Shown here: positions 12,899 to 26,100 of the stretch, in pieces
How positions within the stretch are numbered: the first letter of the stretch is position 1
Layout: every line of letters starts with the position of its first letter
NCBI GenBank assembly: GCA_002633005.1
Contig: NMRA01000029.1
Span: forward strand, 40,549 to 104,548
DNA length: 64,000 bases
Origin: Phoronis australis
Taxonomy: Eukaryota; Animalia; Phoronida
Reading direction: 5' to 3'
Notes under the pieces: model-generated
What the model saw: only the letters and a program-made list of their open reading frames with translations
Database searches by the model: none
Told to the model about the DNA's origin: nothing
Position numbers and translations under genes: made by a program

Positions 12899-13417
12899 AC
12901 AAGGGAGAATCAACAATTGGTCGGACTTCAGCACCACTTGCCCGGACTTCAGAACCAGCTGGTTGGACTGCAAAATTCAATAGCCGGTGTTCTGATTTGG
13001 TGGCCGGACCTCAAAACAAGATGGCCGGTACCTCAAAACCAGATGGCCTCACCCAAAAAACTGGTTGGTCGGACCTAAAACGGGTTGGCCGGTGCTCGAG
13101 CACAATGGCATAACAAATCGCCGATTTTGAACAAAAAAACAAACGGGTACGAAAAATAAATATTAGATTCATTTGAATCCTTCGAGACATTCACAGCAAG
13201 TGAAGTCCGGCCGTCATGTTTGGTCACCGGCCAATTAGTTATAGCACCGGCCATCGTATTTTGGGTCCAACCAACTAGTTTTTGGGTGATGCCATGGCGT
13301 TTTGAAGTCCGTACAATACGTTTGATCCCCGGTCATTTGATTTTGCTGCCCAGCCGACTGGTTTTGAAGTCCGAGCAAGTGGTTTTGAAGTCCGACCAAT
13401 TGTTGATTCCCCCTTGT
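12899..13417. mobile_element. Fold-back MITE with long TIRs made of ~21-bp subrepeats
   Basis: acaagggagaatcaacaattggtcggacttca at the left and tgaagtccgaccaattgttgattcccccttgt at the right; mirrored ORFs 12757+ and 13275- share HKGE/DKGE-STIGRTS translations. Confidence 0.85.
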
Positions 13418-15057
13418 GGGAGCAGTCTCTGTCCGATCGAGTTCGTAAGTCCCGGGCTGCGACCAACTGTATCAAATTCGTATCGTTAGAAAGCCCGTTA
13501 TCTGTTGGTGTGCCATGATAACGTACATGTAGGAAGAACAATGAAACAATTTAATTTTGATGCGAGAGATTTCAAACTGGATAATTTTAACTGTAAACAG
13601 ATAAACTGAACTTAATTAATTCAATAAGTTATTAAAGTAATTAGTACTATTACTCATGTAAGCATGACACGTTTGGCATCAAAGTTGTCTACGTTAAAGT
13701 TTTTTATCTGAGAGACGGTGAATTTTTGACACTACCGTCACACCGTGACAGAAATTTACAGAAATTTATATTTTTGTTGCAGTGTAGATTTTAAAATTAC
13801 ATCTTGTATGTGTTTTCATAATGTATATAATTTGCATGTCTGATTGTATTATTAAATTACTTTCTTTCTCCGTGTCTATCCTTATCTCTCTCTTTCTGAT
13901 TCTGTGAGTCTTCATCTGTCTGAAAATGCAGGAATTACGGATCATGGTAAGGGTATTACCTAAAAATGGGCATGGATTCCCATCTCTCCGGGTAATGGGA
14001 GATACGCCTATTATCGTAGAATGTAATTTGAGACATTTACAGATTTTAAGAATATTAACTGTTTAAGGTGAGACTTTATTGAAAATGTTCATTCTTTCTT
14101 TACTGACAAAAATTGTCTCTTTTGAAATGAAACTCAAATCAAAAGTTGTTTTTGATATAAACAGCACGGCTTTAACGCCAATGTGAGCTGATGCACGGGT
14201 CTGTTCCGGAGGGTACTTTAGTATTGACGGGGGCGTGCCACTTTTTAGAGAGACAGGAGGATTATAGCGAGTGGGGACCCAATTGTTTGCCTGGATCAAG
14301 CTTAGCTCAGTATGAACATCTTGCTTCTGAACAGGCCAAAAACATTATATTTAAAATAGGAAACCTCTCCTGAATAAGTTTTGTTTTAAAATTGCGTCTT
14401 TCGCTAGGTTTTCAATGCATAAAGTTAGCCATTCCACCAGAAATCTGGCCGTGCAAAACCAACCCGTCTGATCGTCACGTCCAGTGTACACTGTGAGAAT
14501 ATTCCCCTCGGGTCTGTTATGCTAATACAATTATTATCAAAGAAGTTGTTTCATGCAGGAAATTGCAAGTAATGGGCAAAAGAACCTCTGATTGAATAAA
14601 TAGCTATTCACTTTAAACTAGCTGGTGTTTTATTTGAACCAATATTCCGTATTAAAAAATGCTTGTTGACAGTTACAGCCAGATAGAACTTTTGTAAGGA
14701 CGAAATATAGTTATCTTTCATTTCAAAAACTTTTGAGGTTGTTAAACCACACAACAATGCGAACCTATATCGATGCGCCGTATTCTAATTTGGCTACATT
14801 CTAGACGGAATAAGTGTAGTATTGTTTTTAGACCCAAAACTTGTGAACTACATTTTGTCGACGCGAAGAGTGACGTGTCTACCCCGGCGCATATCAACCA
14901 CAACCGAATTAGATGTCGACTACTGCAAAAACCATTGTCGAGAAACTGTACTATAAGAGCTTTTGTCCGATAACATCGAGCAAAAGTGGGAACATGACAC
15001 ATCACAATTTTTTTACACGACAAGAGGTTGTCGTTTTTAATAGAAAAATAAGCCAAA

Positions 15058-15229
15058 CAGTGGCGGATTTGTGGGGGGAGCCAAGGGTACCATGCCCCCA
15101 CTCCCAAAACTCTCCCTCTCCCTAATTCTATTTGGCAGTTCGGGGGTGCGAATGTCTGACGGGCAAAATCTTGGCTAATACTCTGCCCTGCCCCCTTCCC
15201 CCCAACTCAAAATCTTGGGTCCGCCCCTG
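15058..15229. mobile_element. hAT-like MITE
   Basis: Ends cagtggcggat / gtccgcccctg; internal segment 15141-15195 recurs inverted at ~55315-55368. Confidence 0.55.
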
Positions 15230-17539
15230 CCAAGGCAATTTCAACTAATTATCGGGAATTTTGAATCTCCCCACTGTGTCTAGTCAGACGGATAAATAGA
15301 TGAAATTTATTTTTAATCTAATAGCAAAAAACAAATAATGGCAATATTGAAGTTTGCTCAACACACAATAAAGTTGCAAGGTGGAAAATTATTTGTTCCC
15401 ACAATGTCTCATTTTGCCTCATTTATTCATACATAGACCCTTGGTGGGCAGACAAAATTTTGACTTCCCAATCTTAAGCCAAAGAGCCAGTCGCCCAGAT
15501 TAGTACCTAAATACGTGCAGTGCTACAAAGTTTTCAAAATTGCGATTTGGCGGGGCATGAAGACCACTACGACACGGCTTTTGCTGCAAGGCGGTCCCTC
15601 AAATCATGGATTTCCGCCATGCCGCGTAGTTGAAGGCTTAGCAACTTTGTCTTGTACATAATTCAGTACATGTTCAGAAATGTTTACGCACACGTTATAC
15701 CGTGTCAGTACGCGTAGCGTCAACGTTCTCCTTCCATGTCACGTGACCATTTCTACGCGTAGAAAAACGTACCGGTATTCTGCGCGTACAATAAGTACAT
15801 TTTAACGCGCAGGAAGACACTCATCCTTGAATGGATGCTTTGTCGCTTCATAGGCACCAGCTTCTGAGTAAGTTCTATTTCGTTTACTTATTTGTTGTTT
15901 TCATTAAGATAATAGCCTTCTCTCAATTCACCCCACGCTTTGACGAACTTTGTGACAAAGAGCTACAAAGAGCTTTATCAAATCAAGAGTACACGCAGGT
16001 TATAATGATCATTTTCTGCAAAAGTAATGTGTACTTTTGCAGTAGCAGTGTCTCTCAATGAGGCTAAATCGGAAACCCTGCAATATTCAAGCTTGATTCC
16101 TTCCTAGTCACATTGGGATAATACTCCGAGGATGACATCAGCAATAGACATTCTTATGGTTAAAAATAGTGGAATGTACATTTCCTTCCCATCACTTTTT
16201 CTCTGGTTTCATGCTGCTTGGAACCCGGTGTTCCACAATTCATTGCAAATGTATATCCGACAAATCTCCCGTAAAATTGTCAAGGAACGACATATTCATA
16301 GCTTGCATCCTCATGACGTGACATCCAGACTCTAAAATATGCTCCTCGCAAGCGACGTCAGGGGGTTGTAACCTCCATTTAACCTTGCCTCTCGCGCCAC
16401 AATAACTTGCACTTTGCTGAGTGTATTTTTATGAGGCCGATTGGTTTTTCGTGTAAAAACATGAAAGCATGAAGTGCACGAGACTAATACTACATCTCTC
16501 CGTCTACGGTTAGATTTAGTTCAATAAATTTGATCCGTCCAAGAAGCAAACTCTTAATTTACATCACTTACCGCTATAAAACTGGGCTCGATTTGTTCCT
16601 AACTCAGACGCCGAAATGGGGTTTGGCTTTGCAAAGAATCTCACAGTTCGTTATTTGTTGAGACTATGCTCAGCGCACAAATTGACATGTCGCGATAAAG
16701 CAACTCGCAGAGCCCGATCTCGGGTCCTTTAATGCCCTGAAACTATTTGCGATTTGACTAAGGAACAAATCGAGACCAGTTTCATAATAGTAAGTGGCCT
16801 CTTTGAAAGCCATGACAAGACCTCTGGAATGTATAAAAAAATTTTGCGGCAGCGTGTCTAGACGCAGAAACAATCAATTAATTTCGGTTTGGCTACTAGT
16901 AATGGACTAGAAACACCAAAAGACCGAAGCATGATATTAGTCAAACAAATTGTTGACTTTTATTATTCGGGTTTGGCGTCTTATTCCACGATACAATTTA
17001 ATCGATAAGTAATCTATTGCAGACACTGACAAGTTGATGGATTATCTCGAGACCTCACTTCAACGTAACTCCATGGACGTAAGGGAAAGATTTTTTTCAT
17101 CCTCGTGTCCATAGTTTCAACAGATGTGGTCTCCGACCTTGTTAGGTCTTGGAGATTTAGACGATGGTAATAACTCAGGAAAGAGAAGTTTGCCTCCAGG
17201 ACAAAAAATACCAGCAACAATATTAAGCTGACGACGGATGACGACGAATTTCGGGCCGATCCGACTACCCCTGTCCCCCCCCTAGTGGCAATTTTAATTT
17301 CTACGGTCGCCTCTGTGTCTTCGTAATGATCTTGTGTTGATTGGGGACACTACAATTGAGCTGTAACGAAAACTTAACGCACTTGGAGGATTTTGTAAAA
17401 ACCCGCGTCTTACAGTGAATCTAGAAAAACTAATGTCCTCGCTTTCAAGCGTCACTGGTGGTGCCGTCTGTACACACGAAAATCGTAGTACTTTGGCGAT
17501 AAATTAATTGAAGCCAAACCGTGTTAAAAATACGTGCAT

Positions 17540-18185
17540 GTGTTAAATTCCCCTGTCGTCTCAATTGGAGTCAAGCCTGTCAAGTCTGCAAAGTTCTTGC
17601 AGTACAAGCTCGAAAAGCATTAAATTTGATAAAAATTTAAATATGGTACCGTATACATCCGGGTTTTGAGAGGTATACTGGCAGGGTGACGTAGATTTAT
17701 TTCTTTCAGAAATTCGTCAGAGCTTACTGAGCACTCTGTTATCAATAATTCGACTAAATGTCAACTCTACTGTATTCTCAAAACGGAACTATAGTGTGAA
17801 AAATATCTGTACTTATTAGACCCCTTGTTTTAGATGCTCAATGCTCAAGTTTTACATTGAAACAGGACGGCACGCAGGTCCAAAAGAGGATGAGAGAATT
17901 TGTGGAATATGCAGTGCTGGTCAAATTGAAAACAAGATTCATTTTATGTGTCACTTCCCAGTCCTAGGTGATGTGCGCAGAAATTTGGTGACGAATATCC
18001 CAGATGCTGCCAGAGTAGTTAGATTATTTTGAAGCCATAATCTTTGTGAACTAAAAAGCCTGGCCGCAGCGCTATATATTTCAAGATCAACAGTGCAAAC
18101 AGCTGGAATTTTATCACTGTAAAGTTGTAATGTAAATTGTATTATGAGGCCAAGGCTTACATATAATAAACATTTCTGGTTCTAG
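17540..18185 (+). mobile_element. Decayed 3' end of a non-LTR retrotransposon (L2/CR1-group-like)
   Basis: IETGRH..ERICGIC...IENKIHFMCHFP matches the C-terminal IETGR..CxxC..E..HF..C motif of LINE ORF2; followed by tgtaa-rich tail and aataaa (~18165). Confidence 0.7.
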
Positions 18186-21100
18186 CTCTGCTGGAACGTC
18201 TCTCCGTTAGACGGAGGCAAAAACAACTTTATCGCGTCTGTGAAAGCGCCAATTTAAAATTTAGTAATGGACAGTCATGACAAAATCGTACTTCTGAGAC
18301 GCACGTGTCTCCCGCTGAGGGACCAGGCTGACGTCAGCCAAGGCTGATCATACCCGACCTTAGTGCGCAAAACTAGGGTCACTCGTCTCGAAAGAAAACT
18401 TGGCACTAGATTACGTCACTGTTTGGCCTTCTGCAATCCCAACCATCATGATGCGGATTCCGTTGCCGCTGCTGTTGACGAAATCTTAGAATACTCGAAT
18501 TAGTGAAATTCCCAACATTCTTGACATCTTCCAAATGCTTGATGCCACAAAACCTCTAGCGCCTCCTTCAGCCAGAAAACAGAATCACTTCCACGGATTG
18601 CTCCAAACACTAGTTTTTGAACTCGCTGTATTTCGAAGCTTTTCCGGGCTTCTTGGATCCCGATGATCACGACACCTTTAGTTCTACCAAGACTACCACC
18701 CTCGCCGTGACTTACCACAAGACGATGTTATGCCTCAGTGAAGTTGTAGCACAGAGCTTCTCTTCTCAATCCACAAGAATCTCCGGATTTCCACATCTTT
18801 CCTCTCCCGTCCTCACCTTCCATGTAATGGATGGTACCAAACCGCCCTTGCCGACGACAAGAGACTGACGACTATGTCCTTAAGCCAGAGACGACTCACT
18901 GCTTCTTGTCTCGCTGGTTCCCTGCGTGCCGCTAGATGGGGCGGTAGCCGCGCCAGCACGCGTGCTGGCTGGGCTAAGCACGCAGGGAACCAGCGAGTGC
19001 TTCTTGTGGGTTTCACTTTCTACCCGATGACACCCGAGTCTCTGGAATCTCGAGTTTTAAGAGTTTCTCTAAGTTTATAAAGAACCTCATAAAAATGTCA
19101 AATCTTGTTTCTTAACTTCGGAACATCATATCTCAGAAATGGCTGTTCGGATTCACATACAGCTTTCACATCCTATGTTTTATGCGGTGGTCTCCAACCT
19201 CTGTTTGGAATTGTTTTCAAAATCAAGTTTTACAGGCTTTCTGTCCCCAGAAAATTTAATACTTTTACCGAGTTAAGAGGTCAGTATAGTAGATACACAG
19301 ACTTGCCGATATGGATCTACATAGCCTTGAGGTATTTAGTTGCAGTATGCTACAGCTTCCGGGATTTAAATGGCGTAGAATACGTGCCCAAAACCGCAGC
19401 TGATTACTCTAGACCCAAGGCTCCAAACAGAAAACTCGACTTAAAACTCGATTTTAACTCGGGTCATCAAAAACAAAAATGAATTAGTTATACGCCTGCA
19501 TAAACCATAACGTACAACAAGAGCAAAACCAAAGATTCACTATCCGTCGAGTCGAAACAGTTAAGTAAAATATCAAGAGCACATGCAGGTTCGATTACGA
19601 ATATTGGATTTCCAACCCAGATTTTTGAGAAGAAAACGAGAGTATAATACAAAGAAACGTTTATTTAAACGTGATCGCAAGCAGATGGGTGAGGACTCGC
19701 CGTTTTACAGATTCCATTCAGAAAACATCACTGGAGTTCATTCGTACCAAATATAAATCTAAGACGTGATCTTCAATTGCAGGGCTTGCAATAATCAACG
19801 ACAAAAAAAGAGGAAAATTTTCTAGGTGATGTATCGTTCCACAAATAGACTTGTGTGATAGAAATATTTTTGTGTCGTACAATTTAACTGAAATAGACGT
19901 TTTTGCATGAATAAAGTCAAAATAATGACAAAAAAGTGACGAAAAAGTAGGAAAATGGAAATCAAATAAGAGAAAATCAAACCAAAAAAGGAAATCCTCT
20001 TAAAAGAATTCCAAGCCCTGTAATGAGCAACAAAACAGTTTGTCTTCGTCAAATTGTAACTGCCTAAATAAGATTCAGTGAAACTTATAAGCAAGATTGG
20101 TTCACCTTTTAAAATGTATGAATTTTAAATGTATATCAAATTCATTCATAACATAGTACAACTCAAACCTACCAACATGTTCACAACGTTCTATAAATGA
20201 CCAAAAGTCGAGCACTCCAAAACAAAACAAAACTCGAAAACTATATAAAACTCTATACAAAACGAAACAGGTACAATGTCATAACAAACTATGTACAACC
20301 TAAATCAAATAAAACCAAATGCACCAGACTATTTTCGAAATCTCCCCATAACACCATATAGCAAGAGACTTGATGCTTGCATAAACTTTCCCCAAAGCTG
20401 AGACAAAATAAATAAACATGTTCAACATGTACATTTAGGTGACACATAATTACTTCATCATTCTTCAGAAGGGAGCATGCAATTGCATATACATACATAC
20501 AAGCGTGTTTTATTCCAGGTAGAAAATGTTGGATATCAGAGACAAATTGACTCATATAAGATTATTTAAAATTTTTATGAGATCAGGTTTTTGGGTCAAT
20601 GTGTAGATGTTGTATTCACAAAAGTCATGAGCAGTTCTTTTTATTCCAGTTGCTACTTTAGACTTAACGACCCAGCCATCAGTATGGGGTAAGACCAACA
20701 AGCCATAAGAGGGTGTTTATGCCATAGGTGTCTAAAAAGACACACTCTTGAAGACAGCTCCCATTGTACGTTTTCCTTGTAGGCATCACATGGGAGTTGG
20801 GGTGGATTGCATTCACACAGTGCCACAAGAGCAACTCCCCACCCATATCACAATCATGGCAGACTAATGTCACTACCATACACAGCTTTAAAGGAATTGA
20901 TTTCTTTTAGCACATCACTCCTTCATCTCATTTTGCACACGTAAAATTATTTGAAAAATCCAATTTCACAGTTCTTAAGACTAATAATCTTAGTCACCAC
21001 TCCCATGAAGCTAGTTCAGCCCTAACACCAATGGCGTCTGAGTCAACAATGTCTGTTAACCTCACAAAAAAACATAACAGACATGGTAATTTCACTTACT

Positions 21101-22690
21101 AGAACTGCTATTCTAAATAATATCCAATACTACCACTTTTTTACTTTCAAAGGCTGATGACTGGGTGTTGTTTTGCAGCAGCTGTACAATCTCTATCCTT
21201 ACAGGTGAATTTCGTAACGTAATTCTTGCTGAGAAATTTGACACTATAAAATTCTGCATTTCTGACAGATTGTGCACAAAATAGGTGAAGATTTACCTGG
21301 AACAAAAAATTGGATGCACCTGAGGTCATGTGATTTGAACTGAGCTTGAGTTGTTTTGCTTTTCCCACAGCAATATTCAATGTTTTTAACACTACATTTG
21401 CTAGACTGTTTAGACAACTATAAAACAACCAGAAACAGGTCAACTAACCTAAAAACATGTTTTACATGGTTATTAGGCCTGCCTAAATTGACCTAAATTT
21501 CAGTGAAATGATTCCACCATAAACTACGCAACAAGGGATTTACAAAGTGCTGCAAAAACTAGTTCAGTGAACTTTAACAAAATTAATGCATAGCTTAAAA
21601 ATTTCCCAACAGCCCTATGCAGAGATTCACACTCAAGCTCTGATAATTACTTCTGTAACATCGTTAACAATATCCCAATAATTAGTAATGACACATACCA
21701 ACTTATGACATAATTCATTAGTTTTTAGTTATCAGAGGGCTGTCAATCTCCTCACAAGAGGGCGCTTCAAGACAATGCTCAAATATAGGCCTTTGATCTG
21801 CTAACAGCCTTTCACATAACTACAAGGTCCTTTCTTAATTTGCCGTGGTTAAAGGGTCTATCCTACGCTTCCTAGATCTGATGAGTGTATAAAATGCTAA
21901 GATAACAAATGCCCTCAGGTCTTCATGAGCTCAGAAAAATCAGCCATATACACTATGTTATTTTTTTGAGAATGAGGATCAAAAACAGGAATAGAATTCA
22001 GTTTGAAAACACCATTTAACAAATTGTACAATAAGCTTAGCAAATAACTTGAAATCAATATCAAATTTCCACACATCAGTTATGTGAGATATTTGTATCA
22101 ATTTCCTGCAGTGAAATGCTGTTTAGAAACTGATATTTGAAGACTCATAGTTTACCTGGGAATGAACTCACAGTCACTACTCAACTAGAACTTGATATTT
22201 ATAAAGTAAACATACGATAGCCTTTGACAAAAAATATATGCGCAAAAGTACCCAATGCAATATTTGTTATGTGTAAAAAATGGGTATTCCACATGGAAGC
22301 CACAGAATTATTTAAAGCTACATTGAGCACTGCTTTAGCAATATGGCAATTATGGTAGGACATCCCGTCTCACATTGGTGAATGTCAAAAACTAAGGCAA
22401 GACCACACTTGTGGTCGCAATGGGGCACATACATGTTATTTTTGGATTAATAAAACTTTGTTCATGCTTCAATATCACAGTAAATAGACTAAACAAACTC
22501 ATTAAACTAAATAAACTTGTATCAAAGAACTGTTTGACGTGACCCAATACACGACCCTCACCTATTTGATTTGTCAAATTAAAAAACCAATTGGAGGTCT
22601 ACATTAATGGATTTATAGTTTCATCAACTTCCATTTTCACAAGTTAATACAAACACAGATGGCGCAGCAACGCCAAGTGCCTGCAAAGAC

Positions 22691-23148
22691 TTACGTCACG
22701 TAACTATTGGATACGACAAACATCTTCGGTGCATTAACTCGAGGATTCTTTTTATTACTTGTAAATCGTTTACTGAGTCGAGGCAAGTGGTGGTTGGAGA
22801 AAGCTCCATTAGAAAAATGATGTGACAAACTGTCTGATGTCCTGGTGAGAGTCCTCTTGTCAAACTCTCGACTATTCACAAGTGCTTGTATCACGCGGCT
22901 TCGTGCAAACTGGTTCACTGATTGCCCAGAACTTGAGCCTACAGTGAAACCGTGCTGTCTCACGTGCGCCGTGATCATGGAGGGGGTTTTCGGCCGCTGC
23001 CTCTCTTCTCCCATATCATAGCGAATTCCGTCCTTTCTACATTGACAATTGTACATTTCTGTGCTGAGCCGAAGACTGAGTCCACAACCACATTTTGAGC
23101 ATGAGTTACTCAGCCATGGATTAGTCAACACTATTTGTGTTGTCTTCC
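22691..23148 (-). CDS. TTLL3: TTLL3 terminal coding exon (predicted)
   Basis: Strong acceptor attcttctttag; phase 1 matches the donor at 32352; open frame to TAA at 22691. Confidence 0.65.
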
Positions 23149-26100
23149 CTAAAGAAGAATAATGGTGAACATATAAAGATAAGATGACAACTTCCAAATA
23201 ACAACATTCCAGAAACTAGAAAGATTATTGTCAAGGCGTGACAATAACGGACTCTGCGCGTGCGTATTACTGGAATTATTATGGGAAGTTACTGACAGCA
23301 ACCCGTTTACCAATATGAAAAGGAATTCTTTAAAAATGTAGGAGAAATTACATATTAATTTTTTGATGACCTTTCCACTAATTGACCTCTTCCGGTGCAT
23401 TATGAGCCCCGATGAGGTAGTAATTGTTAACTCGATTAAAAGTGTGGTTAATGTTAATAATCACAAATGCTTTACTTTAAGCACTTCAGAATACAAGATG
23501 AATGAAGTGGTCACACTTTCAGAAGAAAAATGCACCTAATGACCCATGGGTGCACCAAATGACCTGAAAATTTAGAATTCAAACTCAATCGCACTTAGTA
23601 AACAGACACGTAATTCTGAAGTCTCTAGCTCAAAATTTTAGTTTGCACTCAATGACCTTTGACCTATTTTTTCTGATTGGTTAGGCCTATTGCAAAGTAA
23701 AGTCGGGTATTCATTTGGCAAGTTGACTTACACCAGTGTGCTGAAATTGAAAAGAATTCCTTGAAAAACATTTTGAACGTTACATGACCTTTGCACTAAT
23801 TGACCTTATCCGGTGCATTTTAAGCATCTTTAGGAGAATTATTGCAAAGCCCATGGAAAATGTGTTTAACGCTGAGAATCACAGTTGTCTAACGATTGAC
23901 ACATCAGAATACTTGCTGATTGAAAAGGTCAAATTTTCAGAAGAAAAATGCACCTAATGACCCCATGTTTGCACTAAATGACCTGAAACTTTGGATTCCG
24001 ATTTGATTTACCTGTGGCAATCAGACCTGTCAATTTGAGGTGTCTAGCTCAAAATTTTAGTTTGCACCTAATGACCTTTGACCTATTTCACCTGATTGGA
24101 TGACCCGATTACTTAGAAAAGTAATTTTTTAAATTGTCATGTTGACTTATACCTATGCATCGAATTTGAAAAAGATAGCTTTAAAACTGAAGGAGTAGCA
24201 TTTTGAAAATTGCATCAAACGACCTCTTCCGGTGCAATATGGAATATGATTATATAACCAGTCAAAATTTATATACTGTCAAAAAGTCATATGCTGAATT
24301 TAAAGACCGTACCTGCACCCAATTTGGAGTTATTAAGCCTCAAAGTTGGTTGGAAGAAGAATAAGAAGAAGAATAAGAATAAGAATAAGAATAAGAATAA
24401 AATTGAAGAAAACCCAGGAACAACAGTACTCTGCGCTTACACGCGCAGAGTAATTATGTTTGTTTTGGTAGAAAATCAGTTGACATTCTAACTTACAAAT
24501 TGCCATACCACTTCTTGTGGTATCAGTGGATAAATACCACAAAGGCCAAGGTCTTGATCTCAGCCCAAAGCAAAAACAATTTTTTTTTCTTCACAAGAAC
24601 TTGACAAGAAAAAGTTGGTGTTAAGGAATAATGTGGTCTAATTAAAAAGTTGGTTTTTGAAATGAAAAATTCAGCTGTAATGAGTTTTGTGGCTTTATGC
24701 CGTGCCAACAACTATTGAGCTGCTTATCCTTCACTACTTACTAAAAGTTAGTATTTTTTGACAAATTTCACAATATACAAATCTTCTGCGATATTGTATT
24801 CTAAATTAAAGATTGGACCAAGTGAAATGTGATTAATTTTTGATCTCACAAATTATTTTGACATTTTTTTATTTCCTCGTTTGAAACAGGCACTCAGCTG
24901 CAGCAACACAAGACAACACATAATAACCTAACAAAAATCATAAATAAATTAAAAAACTGAGAAATTAACTGTTATTAATCAAGCCAGTTATATTCAGTTA
25001 TATCTAAAAACCTTCCTAAAATAGAGGCATATTTTACAAACGAGGCAGCTAAACTGAGAAGAACATCTCAATTTTAACTAAATAACTATTAACTACATTT
25101 AACTTGTTCAGTTTTCATTCCTTTGTTAAATAGCATACCTTCATCTGTTGCCCTACTTGGCAAAAAAACATCTCTTGTTTTTCTAAAAAAATTATATTTT
25201 TTGTGCATAGCACATTATTATAAATGACATTTTTACCTCCCACTTTGTGTTTTACTCAGTAATGTACCTCAACCCAGGTAAAATAGACTCTAATAAAAAA
25301 TAAACGATACGCAGACTGGTCAATGAGGACTTATATAACCATAAGACGTGTACATATGCAAGAGATAGGCCCTACCCTCACAAGTGATTTGCTTTGGTGC
25401 ATGCGAAACACTTGAGTAAAAGCTACTTTTTCAAAAAAATGTTTCACATATAAGGACACAGGGCCTAAGTACTCACATATGGTATCATTTATGTAATTAT
25501 TAATAACAGAATCGATAATTTTCACTAAATATGTCAATTTGTAAATTGATTTGAATTGACTATCACAGAGACAAAGTGACTCAGCTAAGTAGGTTTCAAA
25601 ACAGCTGAAGCAGCTTTTTAAATTAACCTCAAAATTAAGTTACTAAGCAACAAGGGATAAATTGCTAGACAGTGTTGATACCCAGGGTCAGTAAGAAAGC
25701 CAATTAACTTATGGATGGTTATCCTACTTTCATAAGATACTTTGCACTTCTTAACAGTGTTGTCTGAGTGCTAACAGTTCTGGACACGTGAATGTTTTTA
25801 AGAAGACAAGGTACATCCTGTTGTTCAGTTTCATGGATACCTTCAAAGAAATTTAAGTCTGGCCGCAACATTAATTTGCCTAACAACAATATTGTGTTAA
25901 GGGACAATAATGGCAATTGTCTGATATAACGTGCCCGCATTTTGAGAACCAGTTTGATGCCCGTTATTTAGTGGGGAAAACTGGTTCTCAAAATTTGGGC
26001 ACGTTATATCAGACCATTACCCAATAATGTACAATGTACAATTGTAAATGGACAGCAACTAAAATTAAAATTCAGAACTAAGTACTTACATCAAATTATT

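Noticed and set aside
12728-13541. Four overlapping ORFs on both strands
   Set aside because: By-product of 21-bp (multiple of 3) subrepeats in inverted arms
18430-19080. GC-richer segment with several short ORFs
   Set aside because: No recognisable motif; probably decayed repeat, but I cannot support a call
19660-22690. Up to ~3-kb TTLL3 3' UTR with a poly(A) signal
   Set aside because: Several minus-strand AATAAA sites (~19660, ~20508, ~20639) cannot be distinguished without transcript data
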